Shown one piece after another: positions 43,694-53,691 of a DNA stretch of 64,000 bases. Positions within the stretch are counted from its first letter, which is position 1; each line of letters opens with the position of its first letter. A program made the translations under genes and the position numbers. The DNA lies in the NCBI GenBank assembly GCA_040766525.1, contig JAXGQI010000001.1, forward strand, positions 45,346 to 109,345, read 5' to 3'. Below the pieces are notes generated by a model that searched no databases, was not told where the DNA came from, and worked only from the letters and a program-made list of their open reading frames with translations. This DNA is from Clostridiales bacterium. Its GTDB lineage: Bacteria; Bacillota; Dehalobacteriia; UBA7702.

Positions 43694-43730
43694 GTGTCAA
43701 TTTACGATCTAACTCCTTTGCGATCTAACT
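43694..43730. repeat. two tandem copies of the 16-bp unit CGATCTAACTCCTTTG
   Basis: Direct tandem duplication in the intergenic region upstream of the histidine kinase. Confidence 0.6.
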
Positions 43731-44104
43731 CCTTTGCGATCACGCTATTGCAAGAAAGAAGCATACGGCAATCGGTTTTCTTTTCATCCAACCGCTATTT
43801 TTCTTGCATTGCTACCTCTATTATACGAATACTGCCACGATATGACAATATCTATTACATTATTTATTCTGCGTAACCGATATAAATTTTACATTCCTAC
43901 CCCATTTTGCCATGAAACCATGGCTTGCCGCCAAAGATACGCAATATTTCCAGGCAACAAAAAAAGGCGAAATATGACAACCGAGAACCGTCGCCTCCAA
44001 ACTGCACCGTTCCCCGAAGAGCCATCACTTGGCTTGTAAGAAAAGCTCTCGTATTCTCACAAACCAAGAGGCTGCCAAGAAAGGGATTAGAGCAAGGCGC
44101 AAAA

Positions 44105-44160
44105 AAACCGCAGGACGCGATGTGTACATAGACGTACATGAGCGGTCTGCGGTTTTACCG
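44105..44160. terminator. bidirectional intrinsic terminator AAAAACCGCAGG...CTGCGGTTTT closing the long minus-strand operon
   Basis: 10-bp inverted repeat flanked by an A run and a T run, 135 nt after the radical SAM gene stop. Confidence 0.55.
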
Positions 44161-44294
44161 GAACAATGCACTAAGCCCTTTATTGACAGTCTCAGATGCG
44201 CTGCTTTACCTAGCGCGCATCTCTTATGAAGATGAGAAAGGAAATCCCCTACTTTAGGCTAAATTCTTCCGCAAATAAGGAGCATCCCATAAAC

Positions 44295-45343
44295 TCAAAG
44301 GGAAAAAGAACTGCCACTGGAAACAATTTCAAATGCCGTCTTTTTCAAAACACAATCCAAACTGTTTTCCAGCGTTTCCGTTTTATTGGTTATGATTCTT
44401 GAGGGACAACCTCCGGGACAATAGGCATAATACGGACATTGCACGCAGGATTCGCGTTCTTCACGACCGGTCAAGGCGATCTGGCGGATCGGGCCTTCAT
44501 GGATATTGCCCATCGCATATTCCTCCCGGTCAATCAAAGAGCCGCAGGGATAGACCGAACCCTCCGGCAATACCACATAGGATCGCCCACAGGAAGCATA
44601 ACAATAGTTTTTGCTGCAAGAGGGGCAAGAAAGTCTTCTTTTGGCCTCCTCAATCTCACGAATGGAGATCTTGACCCCGGTACTTTCACGCATGAAGCCT
44701 CGCTTCTCTGATGGAGCCGAAATAAGGCGGTTCGTAACGCTTCGGCTCCCGGCGCATGGAGCGAACAAAGACTCCCGGCCCGCTCTCCGGCAAAGCGAAT
44801 CAAATCCAAACCGATCCCTTTCACATTGCCGAGATAGACACTAAAATCCACCAGTTCGGGAAGACGTTCAACATTCTCCGCGGTAACGACGCTGTTAATA
44901 TTGATATTGATCCCGGCCTGGGCTAATTTCCGGATCCCGTTCACAGCCGATTTCGTTCCGCCTCTGAGCATTTCATTCACTTCGGGCGGTCCGTCCAAAC
45001 TCACGCCGACAGCGATCTGCATTCTCTTGATCTTGGCCGCAATCTCTTGGTCGATCAGGGTTCCGTTCGTCTGTAATTGGAACTGAACATCATAACCATG
45101 CCTCCGGATATATTCATCAATGCGGCAAATCAGGGCATAGTTTAGCAGCGGCTCGCCCCCGGCAAATTGGATCTTTAGCGGCGTATCCCCAAAATACTCC
45201 AAGACTTTGACGGCTGTGGGAAAGTCCATATCATGCTGCTGTTTCCTTGTGTCGGCATAACAATATTTACACTTGAGATTGCAGCGACCACTTGTCCATA
45301 AAACGATCAGTATTCTTTCTTTGCTCATAGATTGATTACGCAA
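44295..45343 (-). pseudogene. radical SAM / SPASM-domain enzyme (anSME / AhbD-NirJ / peptide-maturase-like); one frameshift near 44760
   Basis: CNLKCKYC radical SAM motif and GGEPLL motif (ORF 44534..45343); SPASM Cys clusters CPSCSKNYCYASCG, YPCGSL and CVQCPYYAYCPGGCP (ORF 44295..44768). Confidence 0.7.
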
Positions 45344-46373
45344 TAATTTCCTTCACTTTGTCTTCGATGAGGTCCATACTCAACAACGAATCTTCAAAGG
45401 GTCTCCTTCTCATACGGTGGGGCAATACATACGTTGCCGCTTCCTTTAAATCTTCCTTGCTGACGAAATCCTTCATATTATAGGCGGCAATCGTGAGAGC
45501 AGTTTTGATCATCACGATATCCGCCCGGTGCCCATCCACGCCGAAAGACATCGATATTTTGGCAGCGGTTTCCAATAGCTTATCATCAAATACAACTTGG
45601 GGCAAAAGCTCGGTCGCTTCCATGATTATTTTTGCCAGTTTTTCCTGCTCAAGACTGTAAGACTCTTTGAACTCATCGGCATTTTTTTCAAAGGCAAGGC
45701 GCCTTCTGATAACTTCGGCCCGCTGGGAAGTTTCATTTTCCCCAAGGACATCGACGACCAAACCAAAGCGGTCGATCAACTGCGGCCGCAAGTCTCCCTC
45801 TTCGGGGTTCATCGTGCCCACTAAGGTAAATTTGGCGGGATGGGTAAAGGAGATGCCTTCCCTTTCAATAAAGTTGACCCCCATCGCTGCGGAGTCCAAA
45901 AGGATATCCACCACATGATCGTCCAACAAATTGATTTCATCCACATATAGAATATTGCGGTTGGCCTGGGCCAAAATACCGGCCTCAAATTTCTTTTCGC
46001 CTTTTTTGATTGCCTGCTCAATATCGAGGGTACCCACTACCCGATCTTCCGTTGCGCTGATCGGCAAATCCACCACTTTCATCTTCGTTTGCAGGATTTG
46101 GTGGGGCAACCCTCCGGTAATGATCTTATAACAATCGTCACAAGCCTGCTCCGGATCATGGGGATTGCAGGAGAATTTGCAGCCTTCGATCTGATCCCGT
46201 TCCGGCAAGAGATCGGCCAAGGAGCGCACGGCAGTCGAGTTCGCCGTCCCTTTTTCTCCTCGGATCAAAACGCCGCCTAAAGACGGATTGATGATATTCA
46301 GTATCAAAGCAAGCTTCATCCGCTCCTGCCCAACAATCGCAGTGAAGGGATAAATTTTCTTTTTCAAATTCAT
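45336..46373 (-). CDS. chlI: ChlI/BchI-like AAA+ chelatase ATPase subunit with a Walker A Lys to Asn substitution (GEKGTANST)
   Basis: [31 protein letters not shown], sensor/arginine-finger regions conserved; 345 aa. Confidence 0.8.
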   Translation of the reverse strand: MNLKKKIYPFTAIVGQERMKLALILNIINPSLGGVLIRGEKGTANSTAVRSLADLLPERDQIEGCKFSCNPHDPEQACDDCYKIITGGLPHQILQTKMKVVDLPISATEDRVVGTLDIEQAIKKGEKKFEAGILAQANRNILYVDEINLLDDHVVDILLDSAAMGVNFIEREGISFTHPAKFTLVGTMNPEEGDLRPQLIDRFGLVVDVLGENETSQRAEVIRRRLAFEKNADEFKESYSLEQEKLAKIIMEATELLPQVVFDDKLLETAAKISMSFGVDGHRADIVMIKTALTIAAYNMKDFVSKEDLKEAATYVLPHRMRRRPFEDSLLSMDLIEDKVKEIIA

Positions 46374-46401
46374 AATAGGGATCCTTTCTTAAAGTTATAT
46401 T

Positions 46402-47133
46402 TTATTCGGCTTTTTTGCAGAGTTTCACTCCGATATAGAGTAAAATCAAAAAATATCCGATCATAATTAACGGGTGGACCCACATGTTGATGAACAAATC
46501 GCTGTCCCGACGGATCGCAATACTGCTTTGCGTCAAAGGTAATATCCAGATCAGTTCTTTTAAGATCATCGGCATTCTGTCAAGGGGGAAAAAGGTGCCG
46601 CACAAAAAAGACATCGGCGTAATAATAAAATTCTGGAATTTGCTCATATCGGCATGGGATTCAATAATAATCCCGATCATAAAACCCAATGCCGAAAATA
46701 CCAGGCAATTCAAAACGACCATCAAAGACGCATATAAATCAAACTGAATATCCGCTCTGAAAATTAAACAAATCACGATGATTAATGCCGCCGCATACAT
46801 CCCTCTTAGGGCCCCGGCGGTAATTTTACCGATCGCGAAGGAACCCATATTGATCGGCGCCGTCATAAACTCTTCAAAGGTCTTATCATAGGTGCGGGAG
46901 ATATTGATATTATTTGCGATCGTCCCAAAACTTGTGGTCATGGAGCTCATGGCGATAATACCGGGGATCACGAAACTAAGATAACTGGACCCGTTAACGA
47001 CGGTGCTCCCGCCAATCCCCCAGCCAAAAGCAATCAAATAGAGCATCGGCGCGACCAAGAGACCCAAAGTAATCCCCCAAAACCGATTGCTGAATATAAT
47101 CCATTCATACCATAATATCGACAAAACTTTCAT
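46402..47133 (-). CDS. ABC-2 type transporter permease
   Basis: 6-TM ABC-2 family fold; translationally coupled to the ATPase at 47135 (a 1 nt gap between the two genes). Confidence 0.7.
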   Translation of the reverse strand: MKVLSILWYEWIIFSNRFWGITLGLLVAPMLYLIAFGWGIGGSTVVNGSSYLSFVIPGIIAMSSMTTSFGTIANNINISRTYDKTFEEFMTAPINMGSFAIGKITAGALRGMYAAALIIVICLIFRADIQFDLYASLMVVLNCLVFSALGFMIGIIIESHADMSKFQNFIITPMSFLCGTFFPLDRMPMILKELIWILPLTQSSIAIRRDSDLFINMWVHPLIMIGYFLILLYIGVKLCKKAE

Positions 47134-47134
47134 T

Positions 47135-47974
47135 TCAATCTCCTACTCTCTTATTGGTCAGCATAATGAATGTATCTTCCAAGTTACTTGGCCGGATATT
47201 GACGGTGGCATTGATCGTTGCCTCTTTTTCCAAAGCAGATTCTCTATCTTTAAAGAACAAGATCTTCGTTTCACCATCCTCGAAGCTTTCCAAGACAAAA
47301 GACCCGAATTTCTCGACCAAATTTTTCGGCGTATCCAGTTCAACAATTTTCCCCTGATCCATAAAGCCGACGCGGTTACACAATACTTCCGCTTCTTCGA
47401 TATAATGGGTCGTCAGGATTACCGTCATTCCATCCTTATTGAGGCCCTTCATCAGATCCCACAATTTTCTTCTTACGGAAGCATCCAAACCTACGGTCGG
47501 CTCATCCATCAATAATACTTCTGGACGATGCAACAATGCCCGGGCGATCATCAGTTTCCGCTTCATGCCCCCGGAAAAGGTTTTTACCTTGTCATTTCTT
47601 CTTTCGTATAAATCAATATAATGGAGAAGCTCGTCAATCCTCTCGTTCGCCGCCTCCTTTTTCATCCCGAAGAGTTTGGCATGAAGGGCAAGGTTTTGCC
47701 TTGCGGTCATATCCCACTCGAGATTGATATGTTGGGGCACGATACCGATCTTGGATTTGACCTGGGTTTCATTGCGGTCCAAGGGCACGCCCCCAATCAC
47801 GATCGTTCCCGAAGTCGGCTTTGTGAGCGTGCTCAACATCCGCACCATGGTGGTTTTCCCGGCGCCGTTGGGACCCAACAAACCAAAAAACTCGCCTTTC
47901 TCGATCCGCAAGCTCAGATGATTGACTGCAACCGTGGTTTCATATTCTTTTAATAAATCCGTGATTTCAATCAT
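47135..47974 (-). CDS. ABC transporter ATP-binding protein (ABC-2 exporter partner)
   Basis: Walker A GPNGAGKTT, signature FSGGMKRKL, Walker B LLMDEP. Confidence 0.8.
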   Translation of the reverse strand: MIEITDLLKEYETTVAVNHLSLRIEKGEFFGLLGPNGAGKTTMVRMLSTLTKPTSGTIVIGGVPLDRNETQVKSKIGIVPQHINLEWDMTARQNLALHAKLFGMKKEAANERIDELLHYIDLYERRNDKVKTFSGGMKRKLMIARALLHRPEVLLMDEPTVGLDASVRRKLWDLMKGLNKDGMTVILTTHYIEEAEVLCNRVGFMDQGKIVELDTPKNLVEKFGSFVLESFEDGETKILFFKDRESALEKEATINATVNIRPSNLEDTFIMLTNKRVGD

Positions 47975-48000
47975 TTTTCATTCCGCCTCATTCTATTTCC

Positions 48001-49917
48001 TTATAAAGACAATGCTACTGCCGCCACAACGCTCTCCGCACGGAGCTCTTCGATCTGGAAACGGTCCGCATTCATTGCCTTTGCCAGGTCTTCCGCCATT
48101 TTTAATTTGATAAAATTTTGATCCGTATCAATAACGATGGACTTGATTTGTTCCGCTGCGATCTTTTCGGCCGCACCCAATGCGTCGTCAAAAGCATCGA
48201 TCCCTTTTTGGCTATAGGTGGCTCTGCCATCGGTAACCACCACCACAACAGGAAGCATGTCCTTATCTTTGATCATTCCCGCTTTCACAACTTCATACGC
48301 CATATCGAGGCCTGCCGCAAGCGGCGTTCTGCCCCCGGTCGGCAAAATGCTCAGTTTTTTCTCCGCCAGTTCTACGCTCCGTGTAATCCCCAACAAAAGC
48401 TCGGCGCAATCATTGCGGAAAGCAATTAAGCCGACTTTATCCCTTTTTTGATAAGCGTCGTTCAAGAGGGATAAAATAGCGCCCTTTACGGCAATCATCC
48501 GTTTGTTCGCTCCCATAGAGCCGCTGGCGTCAACAACAAAAATAATGGTATTACCGGTCCGTTTCTCTCTCACTTTTACCCGAATATCCGAGCGGTGAAT
48601 CGCCACCGCCATGCCGTTTTTATCCCGGAACATGTGCTTAGGGGCCGCGGCCCGCAAAGTAGCGTCAATCGCGATATCCCGGATCTGATCATTGGCAGGG
48701 TACGCATAGCGAACATACCTTCCCTGCATACTGGAGGTATTCACCAAGCTGCGTTTTCCGCTGCCATGCTGGATCGTCTCGTTTCTTTTTTCCGCTAACC
48801 AACGGGAAACGATAAAGGGTTCTCCCGGATCGTCAACGGTTTCCTCCGCTTCTCCCGCTTGCATTTGCTCGTCAAAATCCTGGTCTTGCGGCGTCGTATC
48901 GGGTTCCTCGCAAAGCATTTCCTCTTCATCCGTCAAAGGATCTTCCGGGACCTCCGGTTCTTCAGGCGGCGTCTGCTCCCGGTTGTCATCGTTTTGATCC
49001 GCCGGCAAATCGGGATCATCATTTTGCGTGGGATCATCCTGCTGGTTGTGCTCCTCTTCCTGCTGCTCTCTCGACCGATGCGGCAAAGCGTATTTTGCGG
49101 CCTCTTTAATGTCGGTAATATTCAATACCGTTCTTTTATCAAGGGCGGCGATGGCTTTCGCCGCCTCGATGATGACGAGCTCCGCCCGATGCCCCGCACA
49201 ATTTGCTTCTTTCGCAATAGAGGAGGCCAACTGCATCGCATTAGGCGTAACGATAATTTCCGCCAGTCCTTCTTGGGCGGCGGTAATTTTTTCCCGCAGT
49301 GCTTTCGTTTCCTCCTGCCACTTTTTAATAAAAAGCAAAGGATCCCGTTCAAAGGCAATCCGCCTTCGGATGATCTCGACGCGTTTCCTGATATCGGTCT
49401 CCCCTTCTACCTGGACATAGAGACCGAAGCGGTCTAAAAATTGCGGGCGCAAACCGCCTTCTTCCGGATTCATGCTCCCGGCCAGAATAAATTTAGCGGG
49501 ATGACTATAGGAAATACCTTCCCTTTCAACGATGTTGACCCCGGATGCTGCCGACTCTAAAAGCGATTTTACAATATGGTCGCTCAAGAGATTCACCTCG
49601 TCCACATAAAGCAGGTTCCCATGAGCTTGATACAGCAATCCCGGCTCAAAGCGTTTTTCGCCGTATTTAACGGCATATTCAAAATCGATATTCCCAATCA
49701 GCCGGTCTTCCGTAATATTTAACGGCAGATCGACCAATGTGATAGCGGGAGCAATAGAACATATCCCTCGAACAAGCGTAGATTTTGCCGTTCCTTTTTC
49801 ACCGCTGATCAAAACACCGCCGATTTTGGGGTTGACGATATTCCAAATCAAAGCATTTTTTATTTCATCTTGCCCCAAAACCGCAGTAAAGGGGAAGACG
49901 GTATTTGGCTTTTGCAT
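48001..49917 (-). CDS. chlD: ChlD/BchD-like chelatase subunit: AAA+ module, acidic/Pro-rich linker, C-terminal von Willebrand A domain
   Basis: GEKGTAKST Walker A; long D/E/P-rich linker; vWA MIDAS (VVDASGSM). Confidence 0.8.
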   Translation of the reverse strand: MQKPNTVFPFTAVLGQDEIKNALIWNIVNPKIGGVLISGEKGTAKSTLVRGICSIAPAITLVDLPLNITEDRLIGNIDFEYAVKYGEKRFEPGLLYQAHGNLLYVDEVNLLSDHIVKSLLESAASGVNIVEREGISYSHPAKFILAGSMNPEEGGLRPQFLDRFGLYVQVEGETDIRKRVEIIRRRIAFERDPLLFIKKWQEETKALREKITAAQEGLAEIIVTPNAMQLASSIAKEANCAGHRAELVIIEAAKAIAALDKRTVLNITDIKEAAKYALPHRSREQQEEEHNQQDDPTQNDDPDLPADQNDDNREQTPPEEPEVPEDPLTDEEEMLCEEPDTTPQDQDFDEQMQAGEAEETVDDPGEPFIVSRWLAEKRNETIQHGSGKRSLVNTSSMQGRYVRYAYPANDQIRDIAIDATLRAAAPKHMFRDKNGMAVAIHRSDIRVKVREKRTGNTIIFVVDASGSMGANKRMIAVKGAILSLLNDAYQKRDKVGLIAFRNDCAELLLGITRSVELAEKKLSILPTGGRTPLAAGLDMAYEVVKAGMIKDKDMLPVVVVVTDGRATYSQKGIDAFDDALGAAEKIAAEQIKSIVIDTDQNFIKLKMAEDLAKAMNADRFQIEELRAESVVAAVALSL

Positions 49918-49925
49918 ATTTCTAC

Positions 49926-52900
49926 TTATCCCAAATCCTCGAGATCTCCTTCCATTTCCATATAAATTTTCTTGAGTTTTTCAACTTTATCTTCTGATGC
50001 ATTCCACATGCCGCGCTGATTCGCTTCAAGCAATCTCTCGGCTACATTGTGCAAGGCCCAGGGATTGACTTCCCGCATCCAATCCGTGTTCTCCTTATCG
50101 AAAGCGTATCTTTCGGCAATAGAGTCATACATCCAATCGTCGATCACATTGGTCGTCGCATCCCAGCCGAAGGCGAAATCTACCATGGCGGAAATCTGTT
50201 TGGCGCCGCGATAGCCGTGCTTCTTTAGGCCCTCGATCCACTTGGGATTATTGACTCTGGCCCGCATAACCCGGGAAGCTTCCTCATGCAGCGTCAAAGT
50301 TTCCACATGATCCGTGTCCGAGGTGCTGGGAACATAGGCCGGTTTTTGTGAGCCGCTGTGGGTCGTAATCGCCGCTACCATACCACCGAAATAATTATAA
50401 AAATCATCGCTGTCCAGCATATCAAATTCTCTGGTTGATTCATTTTTAACGGCGACGCTGACTTTTTTCATCCGCAGCGCAAAGGTTTCCGGAACCTTAT
50501 CTCCATGCACATGCTTCCCATAAACATGGCAACCCCAGGTCGTGTAGACCTTCCCCAAATCGGTTACATCATTCCATTTTTTGCTTTCCACAACATTATT
50601 GACTCCGGCGCCATAAGCTCCCGGCGCGTCGCCAAAGACCCGATACAAGGATTGGGTCGTTGCGGTTTCAAGATCAATACCTTGTTTGACCAGTTCTTCA
50701 ACTTCTTCCGTTACATGCTTCTTAATATAGTTCACATCATCCGTTTCATCCAGAGACGCCACCAAATTCACCGCATCTTCTACTCTCTCGATCAGATTGG
50801 GGAAAGCATCCCGAAATAATCCGGTGATTCTCAGCGTCACATCGATTCTCGGGCGGCCCAATTCCTCCATGGGGATGGCTTCAATTCCGATCACTCGATC
50901 CGTATTCCCTAACCAAACGGGACGAACCCCCAATAAATAAAAGGTCTCCGCGATGTCGTCGCCATAGTTCCGCATTGCTTCCGTAGCATAGACCAGGATG
51001 GATACGCTTTGAGGATAAACGCCGTCATCATGCAAAGACCGTTCAATCAATTGATCCGCCAAAATTTTCCCAATCTCCCAAGAAGAACGGGAGGGCATCG
51101 CGCCGGGATCAACGGAATAAAAATTCCTCCCCGTAGGCAAAATTCCCGCATTGCCTCTTGTGGGCGCGCCGGAAGGCCCCGGCGGAACAAATTTGCCGGA
51201 AACACCGCCGACCAGCCGATCCATTTCGTCCGTCATCCGCTGGATACGCGGTTTGATGAAGGTACAAACGAAGGTTAAACATTCTTTTAAGCGCTTCGTA
51301 CTGTTTTCCCGGTTGATTTGAAAGTCTTGGATGATACCGTCGACGGAATCCGCCGCAAAACCCTTTCCTTCCAGCGCGAGAAAAATATTTTCCGCAACTT
51401 CATCGGCTTCCCTAAGCAAAATCCCATAGGACTTGCCGTCTTGTGTCGCTGTTTCCGGATTGGCCAGCAAAGCTTCAAAATCCAGTCCCAATAAATCGCA
51501 AACGCCTTCTCTTAAAGAAGGAACTTCTCCGTTACGATTTCTGACCAGCATTTTCAGCATATTGCGATAGCGGTCGCCTTCCGGCACCATGCCGAGGATA
51601 TGGAAGCCATCGGCAATATCGCAGGCCTGCACTCTTGTGACCCAAGTATGCATCTTTTCGATACATTCATCGGGATCATTTGCCATCTCCTCATCGGTAA
51701 GACCGATGTCATCGTGCAAATTGATCTTTTTCCCAAGTTCCAATATCTCCTGCTGAACTAGGGGCAGCTTTTTCGGATCCGCAGCCTTGACATGATAATA
51801 CTGCTTCATCAATTCATCCATCTTCGCCAACTCATCGTACACGCCGCTTTCGACCATGGAGGGAATCATATGATCGACCAAAGTCGCATAGGTGCGTCTT
51901 TTCGCCTGGGTACCTTCTCCCGGCGCATTGATGATATAGACATAGAGATGCGGAATCGTTCCGATACAAATATCGCTGAAACAATCCTTGGACAACCCCA
52001 CTTCCTTGCCGGGGAGCCACTCGATTGTTCCATGGGTGCCGACATGAATGATCACATCCGCCTGGAAGACGTCTTCCACCCAACGATACACGCCGATATA
52101 TTGATGGGGACAGGGAATATCCGTGCTATGATACATTTCTTCCGCTTTTTCTTCAAAAGCCCGGGGCGGCTGCAAACCGATAAAAATATTCCCGTTCAAG
52201 ATCCCGGGGACTAAAAGCTGCTGATCCACCGCCATAAAATCCCCCACGGGCTCGTCCCAATATTTCACCAGGTTTTCTTTAATGCGAGGAATAAAAGGAT
52301 CATACCATTGGCGATACTTTGCTTCCGTTACCGTATCGATACTCTTGGCCAGCATATTCTCGGGAGACATCCAGCGCCCGTCATTCGTGAGCCCTTTCGT
52401 GATGGTATCGATAATCTCTTTACCGTCGGCAAAATGATATTGGGTATGAATCCCGGCTGCTTCCATCCTGGTAATCAATTTACAAACCGAAACCGGCGTA
52501 TCAAGACCCGCCGCACCGCCGATATTATCGTTGCGGGGCGGATTGTTATGCAGAATAATGGCAACCTTCTTCTCGCTGTTGTCTTTATGGCGCAATATGG
52601 CCCATTTGATCCCGATCGACACGATGTTTTTAATGCGATCCGCAATGGGAGCGGCATATCTTCTGGTACCCAATTCCGTTTCTTCCAATTCCGTTGTGGC
52701 AAAGGGATACGTAATAACTTGGCCGTCAAATTCCGGTTGGAATACGCTCCAACTCAAGGACAAGCTGTCGATCCCTTTCACCGATATTTCCCATTCTTCA
52801 TACGATTGCATGGTGGTCATCAACTGGAACACCGGTACGCCAAACTGTTCAAAAATACTGTTTTCCTGGGGTTTGGAACCATCTCCGGGGGCGGAAATGA

Positions 52901-53648
52901 TGCTCAAACTGTGCCCGGTCGTATTGATGATGGCGTCCACGATCGGCCGGTCTTCAGACAACATATACTGTTGCAAAGTCGCCTTGATCCCCAGACAACC
53001 GAGATCCGCATTGGGCAGCAACTCGGCATAGATACATAGGGGCATGGCATTTTGCTTCTTCATTTCCCGGATCAAGGCATCAATATGTAAGCGATTCTTT
53101 TTTTGCATGAGCATCACATTCATAATGATGCCAATCACCGGTTGATTACTGTTTTTTATCTTCGCTATATAGGCCGCTTCATCCACCGTCTCCTCGTCGG
53201 GATCATAAATCCCACTCCATTTAGGGCAAACCGGCAGATCCAGGGGAACATCCAATCCTGCGAACTGATTGCCGATCCACTTGATGAGATTCAGCATATT
53301 ATTGAGCCCGTCGGATTTAAAATAGCGAAACATGGTTTTGAAATCATCGTGCATGATCTGACATTGCGGAAATAATTCAGCGACTTCTTCTTCGATTGTC
53401 GTATTGATAAAGAATTTCTTTTTGCCCTTGAAGCGCTCATAATATTTCAAAAAGCTTTTGAAAAATGACAGGGAGCCGAAAATATTGATAAAAACAAAAT
53501 CAGCTTTTTCCGTCGCCTTCCGCACATGCGGCATAGATCTCTTCATCGTCATCGAGCTCCGTGGTATTGAATAGATCAAGATGATACATGCCCGGATATT
53601 CTTCCTCCAGCTTACTCTGAGCCTCCTTAAAGGTAAGGAAGGGCTCAT
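49926..53648 (-). CDS. cobN: CobN/ChlH-family large chelatase subunit (class I ATP-dependent cobaltochelatase-like)
   Basis: 1240 aa intact ORF with CobN/Mg-chelatase H similarity (HVGTHGTIEWLPGKEVGLS). Confidence 0.85.
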   Translation of the reverse strand: MSPSLPLRRLRVSWRKNIRACIILIYSIPRSSMTMKRSMPHVRKATEKADFVFINIFGSLSFFKSFLKYYERFKGKKKFFINTTIEEEVAELFPQCQIMHDDFKTMFRYFKSDGLNNMLNLIKWIGNQFAGLDVPLDLPVCPKWSGIYDPDEETVDEAAYIAKIKNSNQPVIGIIMNVMLMQKKNRLHIDALIREMKKQNAMPLCIYAELLPNADLGCLGIKATLQQYMLSEDRPIVDAIINTTGHSLSIISAPGDGSKPQENSIFEQFGVPVFQLMTTMQSYEEWEISVKGIDSLSLSWSVFQPEFDGQVITYPFATTELEETELGTRRYAAPIADRIKNIVSIGIKWAILRHKDNSEKKVAIILHNNPPRNDNIGGAAGLDTPVSVCKLITRMEAAGIHTQYHFADGKEIIDTITKGLTNDGRWMSPENMLAKSIDTVTEAKYRQWYDPFIPRIKENLVKYWDEPVGDFMAVDQQLLVPGILNGNIFIGLQPPRAFEEKAEEMYHSTDIPCPHQYIGVYRWVEDVFQADVIIHVGTHGTIEWLPGKEVGLSKDCFSDICIGTIPHLYVYIINAPGEGTQAKRRTYATLVDHMIPSMVESGVYDELAKMDELMKQYYHVKAADPKKLPLVQQEILELGKKINLHDDIGLTDEEMANDPDECIEKMHTWVTRVQACDIADGFHILGMVPEGDRYRNMLKMLVRNRNGEVPSLREGVCDLLGLDFEALLANPETATQDGKSYGILLREADEVAENIFLALEGKGFAADSVDGIIQDFQINRENSTKRLKECLTFVCTFIKPRIQRMTDEMDRLVGGVSGKFVPPGPSGAPTRGNAGILPTGRNFYSVDPGAMPSRSSWEIGKILADQLIERSLHDDGVYPQSVSILVYATEAMRNYGDDIAETFYLLGVRPVWLGNTDRVIGIEAIPMEELGRPRIDVTLRITGLFRDAFPNLIERVEDAVNLVASLDETDDVNYIKKHVTEEVEELVKQGIDLETATTQSLYRVFGDAPGAYGAGVNNVVESKKWNDVTDLGKVYTTWGCHVYGKHVHGDKVPETFALRMKKVSVAVKNESTREFDMLDSDDFYNYFGGMVAAITTHSGSQKPAYVPSTSDTDHVETLTLHEEASRVMRARVNNPKWIEGLKKHGYRGAKQISAMVDFAFGWDATTNVIDDWMYDSIAERYAFDKENTDWMREVNPWALHNVAERLLEANQRGMWNASEDKVEKLKKIYMEMEGDLEDLG

Positions 53649-53691
53649 TCGCTGTCATGATCACTACGAGATTCAACATGTTTTCCTCCTA

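Noticed and set aside
43694-43730. CRISPR array
   Set aside because: Only two tandem copies of a 16-bp unit with no spacers. No other repeat-spacer architecture was found in the window.
43897-44229. Small ORFs downstream of the radical SAM gene as the RiPP precursor peptide
   Set aside because: None has a credible RBS or a Cys/Ser/Thr-rich core. They overlap each other in opposite orientations and span the bidirectional terminator.
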